Assembly: GCA_965221935.1 (NCBI GenBank)
Contig: CBDCSZ010000063.1
Span: 57,764-121,763 of the forward strand
Length of the DNA stretch: 64,000 bases
From: Paracoccaceae bacterium
Lineage (GTDB): Bacteria > Pseudomonadota > Alphaproteobacteria > Rhodobacterales > Rhodobacteraceae
Direction: 5' to 3'
A program made the position numbers and the translations under genes. This document shows, one piece after another, positions 10,033 through 19,739 of this stretch. Under the pieces are notes generated by a model that was not told where the DNA came from, did not search any database, and saw only the letters and a program-made list of their open reading frames with translations. Every line of letters starts with the position of its first letter. Position 1 is the stretch's first letter.

Positions 10033-11012
10033 TCTTGCTTCTGAGGCGTTTCGGCGGTCTGCTGGGGATGCTCGCCATCATCATCTTTTTCACTGTCAAC
10101 CTGCCGGATACCTTTCTGACCTTTCGGAACTGGCTTAACATCAGCCAACAGATCAGCATGCTGACCGTGGTCGCGGCCACTATGACCGTCGTTATGGTGA
10201 TGGGTGATTTTGACCTCTCTGTCGGCTCGATGGCGTCACTTTCCGGCGTGGTTGCGGCAATCCTTTTCCTGCACGGCTGGCCAATTTCCGCAGCGCTGGC
10301 GGTTTCTCTGTCGGTTGGACTGGCGGGCGGCCTCTTCAACGGCGCGATCGTCAGCATCATGGGGATTCAGCCGTTTGTGACCACGCTGGCGACGCTTACG
10401 ATTTTTAGTGGCTTGGCGTTCGTCCTGAGCGACGGCCGCACGATTTTCGGAGCAGATATACCAGCTGCCTTTGGAGAATTCGCCCGCAGCGGCCCGCTGC
10501 TTGCGGAGTCCGGCGGGCGTGCGCTCCTGCTTCCCAATCTGACGATCGTTGCCGCTGCGACAGTAGTGGCTGCCTGGGTCATTCTTGAGCAGACAAGCTA
10601 CGGCAGACGTCTTTATGCGATCGGCGGCAACCGTGACGCCGCCCGTCTTGCTGGAATTCCAGTGATGCGTCTGCGGCTGTCTGCGTTTGCCGTGACAGGT
10701 GTCGGAGCCGCGCTTGCGGGTTTGATGTATGCCAGCCGCGTGGCCTCGGCCAATCCGACACAGGGTGATGGTCTCATGCTGCCTGCGATCGCTGCGGTTT
10801 TTCTGGGCATGACGCTGACAAGAGATGGCCAGCCAAGGGTGCCGGCCACACTTGCCGGTGTGCTGGTGCTGGGAGTTCTCGACAACGGGCTTACCCAAAT
10901 GCGGGTTGACAGTTACGTGCGAGAAGTTCTCGTCGGCGTGATCATTCTCGTCGCTGTGGGCATAAGCGCGCTTGGCAAACGCAGCTTTTTTCGTCGCAGA
11001 GAGTCCGGCTGA
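10029..11012 (+). CDS. sugar ABC transporter permease (RbsC/AraH-like)
   Basis: 327 aa, highly hydrophobic and multi-TM. Shows the typical YAIGGNRDAARLAGI motif. Its start overlaps the ATPase stop by 4 nt. Confidence 0.9.
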   Translation: MILLLRRFGGLLGMLAIIIFFTVNLPDTFLTFRNWLNISQQISMLTVVAATMTVVMVMGDFDLSVGSMASLSGVVAAILFLHGWPISAALAVSLSVGLAGGLFNGAIVSIMGIQPFVTTLATLTIFSGLAFVLSDGRTIFGADIPAAFGEFARSGPLLAESGGRALLLPNLTIVAAATVVAAWVILEQTSYGRRLYAIGGNRDAARLAGIPVMRLRLSAFAVTGVGAALAGLMYASRVASANPTQGDGLMLPAIAAVFLGMTLTRDGQPRVPATLAGVLVLGVLDNGLTQMRVDSYVREVLVGVIILVAVGISALGKRSFFRRRESG

Positions 11013-11378
11013 ACAGAACGAACAGCCCGGTGGCCGGTCAACAAAAAACGGCTTCGCATCGGGCACCGGTCGCGGACAGAACACGAACGCAGCAAACCCG
11101 CCTGAAGCCGCATGCGGATGCCAGCCCGTTTCACGATGCAGCCCGCAGCGGGAACCGCGCCCGAAATGACTCGGAGAGCACAAATATCCGCAGCCCAAGA
11201 GCGGCAGGTTCAGCGTTTACGCAGCCTGCCGCCGTTGTCCCCGGGCCCATCCGATCGCCTCATGAGCTTCTTTGTCCAGCGCATCAAGCCATTGCCTTCC
11301 ATCGGCTTGTCGAAAAGTTTGTTCTCGGCTTCGGAGAAAATCCGGACGCCCCTGTAGGGCTGCCAAGAATCGATAACG

Positions 11379-13226
11379 GCTGAATCCAAAGGTTCTGCCC
11401 GGACTTACTGCAACACCGGAACACGCTGATGGCAGATCGGTGCTTGAGTGGTTTGACGGCCGGATCGCGTCGGAATCCCGGCTCGGGGATGCGCTGGATC
11501 AGGGCCTGCTCTGCCCGTTCCATTGCTTCGGCGTGAACGACCCAACGAATTTCGCAGCGGTGAAATTTCAGCGGGGCCGCTACGTTGCGGGACATCTCGA
11601 CGATGTTCTCACCAGCGATCACGCGCGGGCACTGAGAATCCGGCAGGCGGTCGAGAGACTGGTGACCGATCCCAACCGGATGCGCGCCCTGGGCTCTTGC
11701 GTCGGAGTTTGGCATGCGCGCTTCATGGCAAAATATTTTGGCCGTGCCGGCTACCCGTCGGGTGCACTCGACGCCAATTCGCCGACCGAAGATCGCCGCG
11801 CGTCGCTGACGCCGCTGCGGCAAGGCAAAATTCGCGCGATCTTTGCTGTCGATTTGTTAAATGAAGGTTTGGACCTGCCTGAGGTGGACACCGTGTTGAT
11901 GCTTCGTCCGACCGAAAGTGCCACAGTGTTACTACAGCAACTCGGGTGGAGATTGCGATGGGCCGAAGGCAAACAGGTGCTGACAGTTCTTGATTTTGTC
12001 GGTCAGGTGCGCCGCAAAAACCGGCACGATGTGCGCTGCCTGGCCATTTTGGGAGGGACCCGGCACCAGGTCAGGACTGCCGTTGAGGCCGACTTTCCGT
12101 CATTGCCGCCGGGATGCGCCCTCAAACTTGATCGTCAAGCCAAGGACTGTGTCCTGAAGAACCTGCGGGAAGCGGTGGTAAACTTCCGGCAGCGCCTTGC
12201 CGGAGAACTGAAAAGACTTGGTTCCGACACACGTCTCGGCGGGTTTCTGCGTTACGCTGGCGTTGAACTTGAGGACTTCTTTTCACGGCCCCAGTCAGGT
12301 CACTGCTTTGCCGATCTTCGCCGGCGTGCAGGATTTTTACCGGCAACCTCTGCCGACGTCCATGACACGCGCTTGCTGCGGACCGTCGGCAGTTGCTTCA
12401 CGTTGTCGACCACGAGCGGCTGGACGCTTGGCGGGACATAGTGCTGACCGATCACGCCGATCCGGTTGGAACGCCGCAAGGCCGCGCCCATCGCCTGGGC
12501 CTCATGTTCTTTTCGTCGCTTGGCGCCCGCCATCAGGCGATTGGCGAGGCTGGCCGGATGTTTGATCTGATACGGCAGCCTGCGGACCTGCACCGTGAAC
12601 TCGGCGATTTCTTTGAGATTCTCGCGGATCGCATCCGGACGGTGTCAGAACCGATGGACGCCAATGGTGAGGTTCCCCGGGCAAGCCACGCGACATATTC
12701 ACTCGGAGAGATCGTTGCCGCCTAAAGGTTCCTTGACAAAAAGGGCGCGCTCCATCTGCCGCAGACCGGGGTCCTGTGGCACGATGCGACGAAGACTGAG
12801 CTGCTGTTTGTCACGCTGGAAAAGTCTGACAAGGATTAATCACCAACAACCCGCTGTGCCGATTGCCCGATTTCGCCGACCCTGTTTCACTGGGAGTCGC
12901 AGAACAGCCCTTCCGCCAATACCCGCACCGGGCGGCGCTATATCCAGCAAAGGCGCCAGGGGACGAATGTCATCCTCCTTGTTCGTGAACGGAAACGGGA
13001 CAGCAGGGGTGAATCCGTCCCCTACCTTTCTCTTGTCCGGGCCCACTATCGCAGCCATAAATCGGAACGGCCAATGAGAATCCTGTGGGAACTCGAACGA
13101 CCGATGCCGGGCTGGCTGAACAGTCTGGAAAAGTGGTTGCAGGCTGAGGATCAGCGACGTGGCATCTGCCGGTCCGCCGCCCGCCTCATGCCCGCTGCGG
13201 CGCGGGTCCCGGAGGCCGACAGTTGA
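11379..13226 (+). pseudogene. DEAD/DEAH-type helicase with C-terminal DUF3427, 5'-truncated and frameshifted (copy 1)
   Basis: Reading starts abruptly at helicase motif III (GLTATPEHADGRSVLEWF). The helicase C-domain follows (IRAIFAVDLLNEGLDLPEVDTVLMLRPTES). The frame then changes at least three times (ORFs 11440..12441, 12393..12725, 12595..13077, then frame 0). The C-terminal strings LFHWESQNS...RRYIQ... and ERPMRILWELERPMPGWL match my recollection of DUF3427 helicases. Confidence 0.7.
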
Positions 13227-14760
13227 CCGTTCCGCCGCCGGTGACCTTCATATCGGAAAGCGTGTGGTCGGCATGCCTCATGCGATGATCCAGCAGCCTT
13301 CTGGTCAGGCGCAGAACTTCGCCGGTATAATCCGGATCGTCCGCGAGGTTTCGGAACTCGCCTTCGGCCGACTGCGTGTCAAACAGCAGCGGCGGCAGGC
13401 CGCCGTTGAAATGCGCGAACCGGTAGCGGTCCTCCTGTATGATCGCAAGATTGGCCTCACGCAGGCTGAGCCCCGTATCCCGCTGCCAGTGCGTCGGGCA
13501 TTCAGGATCGCCAAAGTCCACCTCGGCGTAGGCATAGTCCCGCCAGCCGGACGGGGCCTTTCCCTCCAGCCACGGCAACAGCGACGCGCCGTTCATCGCA
13601 ACCGGCACCTCGCCTGACAACCAGTCGAGAATTGTCGGTGACACATCCACGGATTCCGTAAAGGCATCGAACTGTCTGCCGTTGCGGGACGTGCGCTTCG
13701 GGTCGCGGATTATCAGCGGCACCTGCGATGCGGCATTGTATACCGACCTCTTGCCCCATTGCCGCCGCTCCCCAAGCATCTCGCCATGATCCGCGGTGAA
13801 CACGATCAGTGTGTCGTCGTACTGCCCGGTGTCTTTCAGCAAACCGATCAACCGGCCAACATGATGATCAACTTCACTGGCCAGTCCGTAGTAGACTGAG
13901 CGCATCTCCGCCACATCGCGCGGATCTTCTTCGTCGAGATGGCAATTGAAGTCGCCGATAAAGCCGTTGATCACATCTTGCCCAAGTTCGGAAGCAATAT
14001 ACGGATGGACTGCCGCTTCCGCTTCCGGGGTCTGCATACGCGCCGGCGGCGGAATTTTATCCGCACCGAACATCCGGTTATAGGGTTCCGGGGCGATGAA
14101 TGGCGGGTGCGGTCGGACATAGGTCACGTGCGCCAGCCACGCCTGATCGGTACGGACGGCAAGCTCCCTCATGCATTCATCCGTCAGAAACGCAGTGTCG
14201 CTGTCCTCGGCGCGGTAGAATGCGGGATCGTCCGGGCGCGGCCCGGTTGCCGGATCGAAATCCTGCGGTGTGTAGAAACGGCTGTGCTCAGGCAGATCAT
14301 AGCCCTTGGCTTTCAGATGCGCCCGCCACGCATAATAGTCCGCTTCCAGCTGCATAACCGTGATTTCCTTGAATCCCGGCATCGGTTTTTCGAAGCTCCT
14401 GACCGCCGGATCATTGGGGTGCAGGTTCCGCGGATCGCCGCTGGTGTCGGTGTAACCGAACAGCAATGGCTCATAACCCGATTTCCGCGCTTCGAGCGCG
14501 AGGTTTGAAATGTCCGCGCGCAGCGGCGTGCCGTTGCGCACGGACCGGTGATTCATCGCATAGAGGCCGGTCAGGAGACTGACCCGGGCGGGACCGCAGG
14601 GAACGGTGACCGTATAGTGCCTGCGGAATGTGACGGCATCCTCCATGAATTCCCGCAGATTCGGCAGCACCGCCCGACCGCTGATGGCCGTTTGCAGGCA
14701 GTCCGCCCGAAGCTGGTCCACAACGATGAAAAGGACATTTCCACGATTCTTTTCAACCAT
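13186..14760 (-). CDS. sulfatase-family hydrolase, Cys-type, no signal peptide (phosphonate-monoester-hydrolase-like)
   Basis: ORF 13186..14850. I chose ATG 14760 after AAGGAGA. The N-terminal metal-binding motif is LFIVVDQLRAD. The formylglycine motif is C-G-P-A-R (VPCGPARVSLLTG). Also present: FTADHGEMLG and YVRPHPPF. The N-terminus is not hydrophobic. Confidence 0.85.
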   Translation of the reverse strand: MVEKNRGNVLFIVVDQLRADCLQTAISGRAVLPNLREFMEDAVTFRRHYTVTVPCGPARVSLLTGLYAMNHRSVRNGTPLRADISNLALEARKSGYEPLLFGYTDTSGDPRNLHPNDPAVRSFEKPMPGFKEITVMQLEADYYAWRAHLKAKGYDLPEHSRFYTPQDFDPATGPRPDDPAFYRAEDSDTAFLTDECMRELAVRTDQAWLAHVTYVRPHPPFIAPEPYNRMFGADKIPPPARMQTPEAEAAVHPYIASELGQDVINGFIGDFNCHLDEEDPRDVAEMRSVYYGLASEVDHHVGRLIGLLKDTGQYDDTLIVFTADHGEMLGERRQWGKRSVYNAASQVPLIIRDPKRTSRNGRQFDAFTESVDVSPTILDWLSGEVPVAMNGASLLPWLEGKAPSGWRDYAYAEVDFGDPECPTHWQRDTGLSLREANLAIIQEDRYRFAHFNGGLPPLLFDTQSAEGEFRNLADDPDYTGEVLRLTRRLLDHRMRHADHTLSDMKVTGGGTVNCRPPGPAPQRA

Positions 14761-15220
14761 TGCTGTTCTCCTTGTGATCGGGAAATCGGTTGTGCGCAGG
14801 CTTCCGCAGCCGTCCGGTTCAGTGCCTGAACTGTTTGGAGAAACAGTCAAGCGGATTCTTCAAATCGCCGCAGCTTTGGATATGGATGTGGAGCCCCGGC
14901 GGCAATGCGGTGTCCACGATAAACACGTAACCGCACTGGCAGCCCCCAGGCGATTCTTCCGGTGAGTTGTTTAAACCGATCTTCAGTGCGCCGTGGAAAG
15001 GCGCGTTTTCCTTGTGGGTGCGAAACCCATTCAGCAATTGTCGCTTCGGTTGTTGCGTGATTGGCATGGTTTCCGAGATGTTCAGGATGGATTTCGGCAG
15101 CCGGTAATTTTTGACTTGCAGAGGGCGTGACCGGGGCGTAAAGGGATCGCATTCAATTGGGAATTTTCCCGTGATCTAATCTGGTTTCGGCAAAGCCCCA
15201 TACTCTTGGAGCAAGTGGAG

Positions 15221-15416
15221 CGGGCTCTGCCTTCCGCGAACAAAGGGGCGGGCTCTGCCTTCCGCGAACAAAGGGGCGGGCTCTGCCTTCCGCGAACAAA
15301 GGGGCGGGCTCTGCCTTCCGCGAACAAAGGGGCGGGCTCTGCCTTCCGCGAACAAAGGGGCGGGCTCTGCCTTCCGCGAACAAAGGGGCGGGCTCTGCCT
15401 TCCGCGAACAAAGGGA
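15221..15416. repeat. perfect tandem repeat, 7 x 28 bp (unit cgggctctgccttccgcgaacaaagggg)
   Basis: Unit starts were counted at 15221, 15249, 15277, 15305, 15333, 15361 and 15389. All copies are identical except the last base of copy 7. The array ends inside the GGGAGGA Shine-Dalgarno of the SBP gene at 15425. Confidence 0.97.
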
Positions 15417-15424
15417 GGAATATC

Positions 15425-17470
15425 ATGTTTTCCAGAATCTTTATGATTGGCGCCGCAGCGGTGTTTACGGCCGGCGCCGCATTGGCAGACTGTCCTGCCG
15501 TCACTGTGGCTGACCCAATGGGAGTTCCGGCAGGGGCCTTTCCACAGCAATATGAACTCGCTGAATTCGAAGAGCTTGCCAACTGCAAGTTGACATTCAG
15601 CGCCAACCCGGACATCGCTGCGCTCAATGCCCGGATTCGCGGCAATCCGGAATTGCCGCCCTTGGCGGAGCGGCTTCCGGAAGAGCCCTTGGTCTATGCG
15701 CCGTACCATTCGATCGGGAAATATGGCGGTACGCTCAGAGGGATGTCGAATGCGACAGAATCAGGGACGTCCGACTTTCTGTCAACACGCCACGCCACTC
15801 TGGTCCGATATCTCGACGATCTGCAGACCATCGTTCCGAACGTGGCCAAGAGCTGGGAGTGGAATGATGACTTCACCCAGGTGACGTTCGTCCTGCGCAA
15901 GGGCCACAAGTGGTCCGACGGAGCGCCGTTTTCCGCGGACGATGTCAAGTTCTGGTATGACAACCTGGCGCTCGATCCCAAGGTCATCGCAAGGCCAAGG
16001 TCTGGGTGGCTGGTGGCCGGCGAGAGAATGACCGTGGATGTGATCGACCCGCAGACGGTGCGTTTCAATCTTCCGGCGCCGAAACCGGGACTGCTCGCCC
16101 TCTTCGCGTCTGAGGGATGGGGGGTGTCCTTCCGACCCAAGCACTTCCTCGGCCGGTACCACCCGGATCTCAATCCTGACGCCGACAAGCTGGCGCAGGA
16201 CGCCGGATTTGAAGACGGTCTGGCTGTCCTTGCCGCCTATTACGGCAGTACCGATTGGAACGATTCCCCGTCGCCGCTGCTCAACAGCCCGGATAGGGTG
16301 GCCAACCTGCCGGCAGACGTCGTGCCGACACTGGAAGCGCATATCACCATTTCAGACAGGGCGACCGGCCGGCACTTCGTTGCCAATCCGTATTTCCACA
16401 TTGTCGATACGCAAGGCAACCAGTTGCCGTACATCAACGAGCAGGACGAGGTTTACATCAACGACACCGAAGTCCGGGTCCTGAAACTGATCAACGCGGA
16501 AGTGGACTACAAATCCCAGTCCCTGGAACTGCCGACAGCGCCGCTGCTGCTCGAAAACCAGGAAAAAGGCGATTACACGATCCACTTGAAGCCGGGAATC
16601 GGCGCTCCCAGTTTCTCGTTCAACGTGACGTCGGATGACCTTGAAAAGCGGAAGGTGTTTGGCGACTTCAGGTTCCGCCAGGCAATGTCGGTGGCGATCA
16701 ACCGTGATCAGATCAATGAAGTCGCTTTCTTCGGTCTGGGAACTCCACGGCAGCATATCGGGTTTTCGCCCAAGCCGGACTTCATCGATGACAAGTGGCT
16801 GACCTACTTCACACAGTACGATCCGGACATGGCGAACTCGCTGCTTGACGAGATCGGCATGGTCGACACCGGCGGTGACGGTTTCCGGGAATTGCCGAAC
16901 GGTGAGAAAATCACGCTGAATATTCAGTTTGCGAATCAGGGCATCCCCGTACAGGTCGTCGAACTGGTCGCCAACGACTGGGCCGAAGTCGGGGTGCAGA
17001 CGACCGTCAAGGAAGTCACGCCGGACGAGTACCGGTCGGCACAGTCGGCGAACCTGCTGGATGTCGGGGCATGGGGCCGAGGGGTGCCGCTGGCGCTCAC
17101 TTTGGGCAACAACCAAGAGTGGGTGCCGCCGTTCTCTTCCTATTTCGGCCACCGGCAAGGCATGCTCTGGGGCGAGTGGGTGCAATCTGACGGCGGCGCC
17201 GGCGCTGAGCCGCCCGATTATGCCAAGCAGCTGATGGATGACATAGGCGCCTTCCAGTCCGCGCCGATTGGCTCCGACGAGTTCAAGGCGTTGGGTCAGC
17301 GGATGGTCAAGAACATGACCGAGAATCTGCTGTTCATTGGCACCGTGATTGGGCCGCTGCCGATCTACCATCGAAACGCGCTCAAGAATTTCGTGGAATT
17401 CCAGACTCAAGGCCACGCCTACTACCGGACTTACCCGTATCGCGCGACGCAGTGGTACTTTGACGAGTGA
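15425..17470 (+). CDS. ABC transporter substrate-binding protein, family 5 (Dpp/Opp-like), first gene of operon
   Basis: ORF 15206..17470. I chose ATG 15425 after GGGAGGA. A signal peptide is present (MFSRIFMIGAAAVFTAGAALA). It is a paralog of 268..2301. Confidence 0.9.
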   Translation: MFSRIFMIGAAAVFTAGAALADCPAVTVADPMGVPAGAFPQQYELAEFEELANCKLTFSANPDIAALNARIRGNPELPPLAERLPEEPLVYAPYHSIGKYGGTLRGMSNATESGTSDFLSTRHATLVRYLDDLQTIVPNVAKSWEWNDDFTQVTFVLRKGHKWSDGAPFSADDVKFWYDNLALDPKVIARPRSGWLVAGERMTVDVIDPQTVRFNLPAPKPGLLALFASEGWGVSFRPKHFLGRYHPDLNPDADKLAQDAGFEDGLAVLAAYYGSTDWNDSPSPLLNSPDRVANLPADVVPTLEAHITISDRATGRHFVANPYFHIVDTQGNQLPYINEQDEVYINDTEVRVLKLINAEVDYKSQSLELPTAPLLLENQEKGDYTIHLKPGIGAPSFSFNVTSDDLEKRKVFGDFRFRQAMSVAINRDQINEVAFFGLGTPRQHIGFSPKPDFIDDKWLTYFTQYDPDMANSLLDEIGMVDTGGDGFRELPNGEKITLNIQFANQGIPVQVVELVANDWAEVGVQTTVKEVTPDEYRSAQSANLLDVGAWGRGVPLALTLGNNQEWVPPFSSYFGHRQGMLWGEWVQSDGGAGAEPPDYAKQLMDDIGAFQSAPIGSDEFKALGQRMVKNMTENLLFIGTVIGPLPIYHRNALKNFVEFQTQGHAYYRTYPYRATQWYFDE

Positions 17471-17488
17471 TCGATTGACGCTATAAGT

Positions 17489-17515
17489 GAGGCGGGCGAG
17501 ATGTTCGCCCGCCTC
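17489..17515 (+). terminator. intercistronic stem-loop between SBP and permease genes (attenuator/RNA-stability element candidate)
   Basis: gaggcgggcga (17489-17499) and tcgcccgcctc (17505-17515) form a perfect 11-bp stem with a 5-nt loop, 19 nt after the SBP stop. There is no U-tract. It is conserved in the duplicated copy at 22449-22475. Confidence 0.5.
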
Positions 17516-17568
17516 TGTCGTGGAAAGGGGGTCGGTCGCCTCAGGGCGATCTGACTTTGGGGAGCCGC

Positions 17569-18570
17569 ATGCAGTTTGCCAGATTCGCTTTCGTGCGCGC
17601 AGTCCTGGCAATCTTCACCCTGTTTATTGTTTCGCTGTTTGTGTTCAGCCTTATGGAGCTCGTTCCCGGCGACTGCGCGGAACGGTACCTTGCGTACAAG
17701 AACACTCAGGGCGCTCCGGTCACGATCGCCGACATTGAATCCGAGCGGATCCGGCTGGGACTGGACAAGCCGTTCATCGTCCGCTGGTCGACCTGGATCG
17801 GCAACGCATTCAGAGGCGAATTCGGCGAGAGCTGTATCCTGCGGGTCAACATCAACAGCCTGCTCGGCGACAAGTTCCTGATTTCGCTCGGGATCTGCAC
17901 GACGTCGCTGGTGCTGTCCTACCTGATCGCGGTGCCGGTGGGCATCCTGTCGGTGACCGCCAACAGCGCGCTGCTCAACAATTCACTGCGCTTCATCAGC
18001 TATCTCGGGCTGGCGCTGCCCAACTTCCTGCTGGCGCTGGTGATCATGCTGTTCTCCACGGTGTATTTCGGCGACAGCATGACCGGCCTCTTCTCAGCTG
18101 AATACCGCGACGCCGAATGGTCATACGGCCGGGTGCTCGATTTCCTGAACCATGTCTGGCTGCCGATCATTATCCTTGGCTGGTCGGCCACCGCCTTCGC
18201 CACCCAGACGGTGCGGGCGCTGATGGCGGACGAGATCAGCAAGCTGTACGTGACCGCGGCGGCTGCCCGCGGCGTGGCCGGCCGCCGCCTGATCCTGCGG
18301 TATCCGGCGCGGCACGCGCTGGGCCCGATCATCAACTCGATCGGATTTGACCTCAACCGGATATTCAGCGACCTGCCGATCGTCGCCTTGATCTTGACGC
18401 TGACGGAATCTGGATTGCTCCTGATCGATGCGCTGGCCAAATCGAACGACCAGCAATTGGCAGGCGCCATCATCTTTCTGATCACCGCCAGCATCATCGG
18501 CCTGAACTTCATCACGGATGTGCTGCTCGCTCTGATCGACCCGCGCATCCGGCGCAGCATCCTGAGGTAA
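17569..18570 (+). CDS. ABC transporter permease (DppB/OppB-like)
   Basis: ATG 17569 follows GGGGAG. The protein is multi-TM and ends with the typical ...DPRIR tail of DppB-type permeases. Confidence 0.9.
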   Translation: MQFARFAFVRAVLAIFTLFIVSLFVFSLMELVPGDCAERYLAYKNTQGAPVTIADIESERIRLGLDKPFIVRWSTWIGNAFRGEFGESCILRVNINSLLGDKFLISLGICTTSLVLSYLIAVPVGILSVTANSALLNNSLRFISYLGLALPNFLLALVIMLFSTVYFGDSMTGLFSAEYRDAEWSYGRVLDFLNHVWLPIIILGWSATAFATQTVRALMADEISKLYVTAAAARGVAGRRLILRYPARHALGPIINSIGFDLNRIFSDLPIVALILTLTESGLLLIDALAKSNDQQLAGAIIFLITASIIGLNFITDVLLALIDPRIRRSILR

Positions 18571-18575
18571 ACGCA

Positions 18576-19739
18576 ATGGCGGACATCGCAGAAGTCAGGC
18601 CGGATGCCGGTCCCGAGGTCGACCAGAAACTCAAGGAAGCGTATTTCACCGCCTCCCAGAGCCAGCTGGTCTGGGCCCGGTTCCGCCGCATCAGGTCGGC
18701 CATGGTTGCGGCGTACATCCTGATCTTCCTGATCACCTGCGGGCTGTTTGCGCCTTTTCTCTCGCCCTACGATCCGACCATCGCCGGCCGGAACAAGGAA
18801 TACCTGAACGGGGCGCCGCAGATCCCCAAATTCTGCGACGAAAACGGCTGTTCATGGCGCCCCTTCATCTACACCTATGAGCGAACGCGGTCGATCAAGA
18901 CCAATTTCCGCTGGGTCACCGAGGTGAACCGGGACAAGCGGCGCTACGTGACGCTGCTGCCGAAGGGATCCGAATACAGGCTGCTCCGGATTCCATTCCT
19001 TTCCTTCGACCGGCATCTGTTCGGCGTGGATCAAGGGAAGATTCACATTTTCGGAACCAATGCCGCCGGCAAGGATATATTTTCCCGGACCCTGCACGCC
19101 ATCAACACCACGCTTGCGGTCGGCACGATCGGAGTGCTGATCTCCTTTGTGCTGGCGCTGATCATTGGCGGCATCTCGGGCTATTTCGGCGGGTTCATCG
19201 ACTCGCTGCTGCAGATGCTGATGGACGCCGTCAAAGTCGTGCCGTCAATTCCCATGATCATGGCCCTGGCGGCGTTCGCCCCGGACGAATGGAGCGCCGA
19301 GACACGGTTCTTTTTCATCGCGGTCATACTTGGCTTCGTCGGCTGGACGACGCTGGCGCGCCGTATCCGGACCCATCTGCTGGCGGAGCGCAACCAGGAA
19401 TATGTGCTGGCGGCGCAGCTGTGCGGAGCATCCTCCGGCCACGTCATCCGCCGTCACCTGCTGCCGAGCTTCACCAGCTACATCATTGTCGACCTGGTGA
19501 TCTCGTTTCCGTACATGGTGCTGGGGGAAACGGCGCTGAGCTTTATCGGCCTGGGCCTCAAGGATCCCGTCAATTCGCTCGGTGTCATGCTGCAGAACGT
19601 CACCAACGCCGACGTGCTGCTGAATTATCAGTGGTATTTCATTCCGGTCCTGTTCTTCATCACCCTGGTGCTGGCCTTCGTTTTTGTCGGCGACGGGCTG
19701 CGCGACGCCGCCGACCCCTACGCGGAAATCCAGAAATAA
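18576..19739 (+). CDS. ABC transporter permease (DppC/OppC-like, long N-terminal extension)
   Basis: 387 aa with a C-terminal ABC transmembrane type-1 region (..LARRIRTHLLAERNQEYVLAAQLCGAS..). It ends with the typical DGLRDAADP tail. The gap from the upstream gene is 5 nt. Confidence 0.9.
   Translation: MADIAEVRPDAGPEVDQKLKEAYFTASQSQLVWARFRRIRSAMVAAYILIFLITCGLFAPFLSPYDPTIAGRNKEYLNGAPQIPKFCDENGCSWRPFIYTYERTRSIKTNFRWVTEVNRDKRRYVTLLPKGSEYRLLRIPFLSFDRHLFGVDQGKIHIFGTNAAGKDIFSRTLHAINTTLAVGTIGVLISFVLALIIGGISGYFGGFIDSLLQMLMDAVKVVPSIPMIMALAAFAPDEWSAETRFFFIAVILGFVGWTTLARRIRTHLLAERNQEYVLAAQLCGASSGHVIRRHLLPSFTSYIIVDLVISFPYMVLGETALSFIGLGLKDPVNSLGVMLQNVTNADVLLNYQWYFIPVLFFITLVLAFVFVGDGLRDAADPYAEIQK

Noticed and set aside
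11190-11378. Minus-strand reading (...SWQPYRGVRIFSEAENKLFDKPMEGNGLMRWTKKLMRR...) that might be the 3' end of a gene truncated by the helicase fragment junction.
   Set aside because: I could not assign it to any family, and there is no start or upstream continuation. It is noted only as possible debris.
14819-15067. 82-aa minus-strand ORF upstream of the first sulfatase-family gene.
   Set aside because: It has only a weak GGAAAC upstream and no recognisable family. It is not conserved upstream of the second sulfatase copy, where homology ends near 14835/36075. It is possibly real, but I cannot support it.
15221-15416. Possible CRISPR array.
   Set aside because: The repeats are directly adjacent with no spacers, and no cas genes are present. 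It is a simple tandem repeat.
15206-15424. In-frame N-terminal extension of the SBP ORF through the 28-bp repeats (754-aa ORF from 15206).
   Set aside because: The extension is a translation of a 28-nt repeat, which is not a multiple of 3. It would bury the signal peptide 73 residues inside the protein. A strong GGGAGGA sits right before ATG 15425. I treat it as non-coding leader.
19289-19738. Upstream extensions of the DppD-like ORFs (19289..20734, and the 572-aa ORF 26829..28547).
   Set aside because: The extensions are alternative-frame readings of the permease gene with Arg/Pro-rich low-complexity composition. The family-typical start MPLLDVENL coincides with the stop-start overlap at 19739 and 27552.
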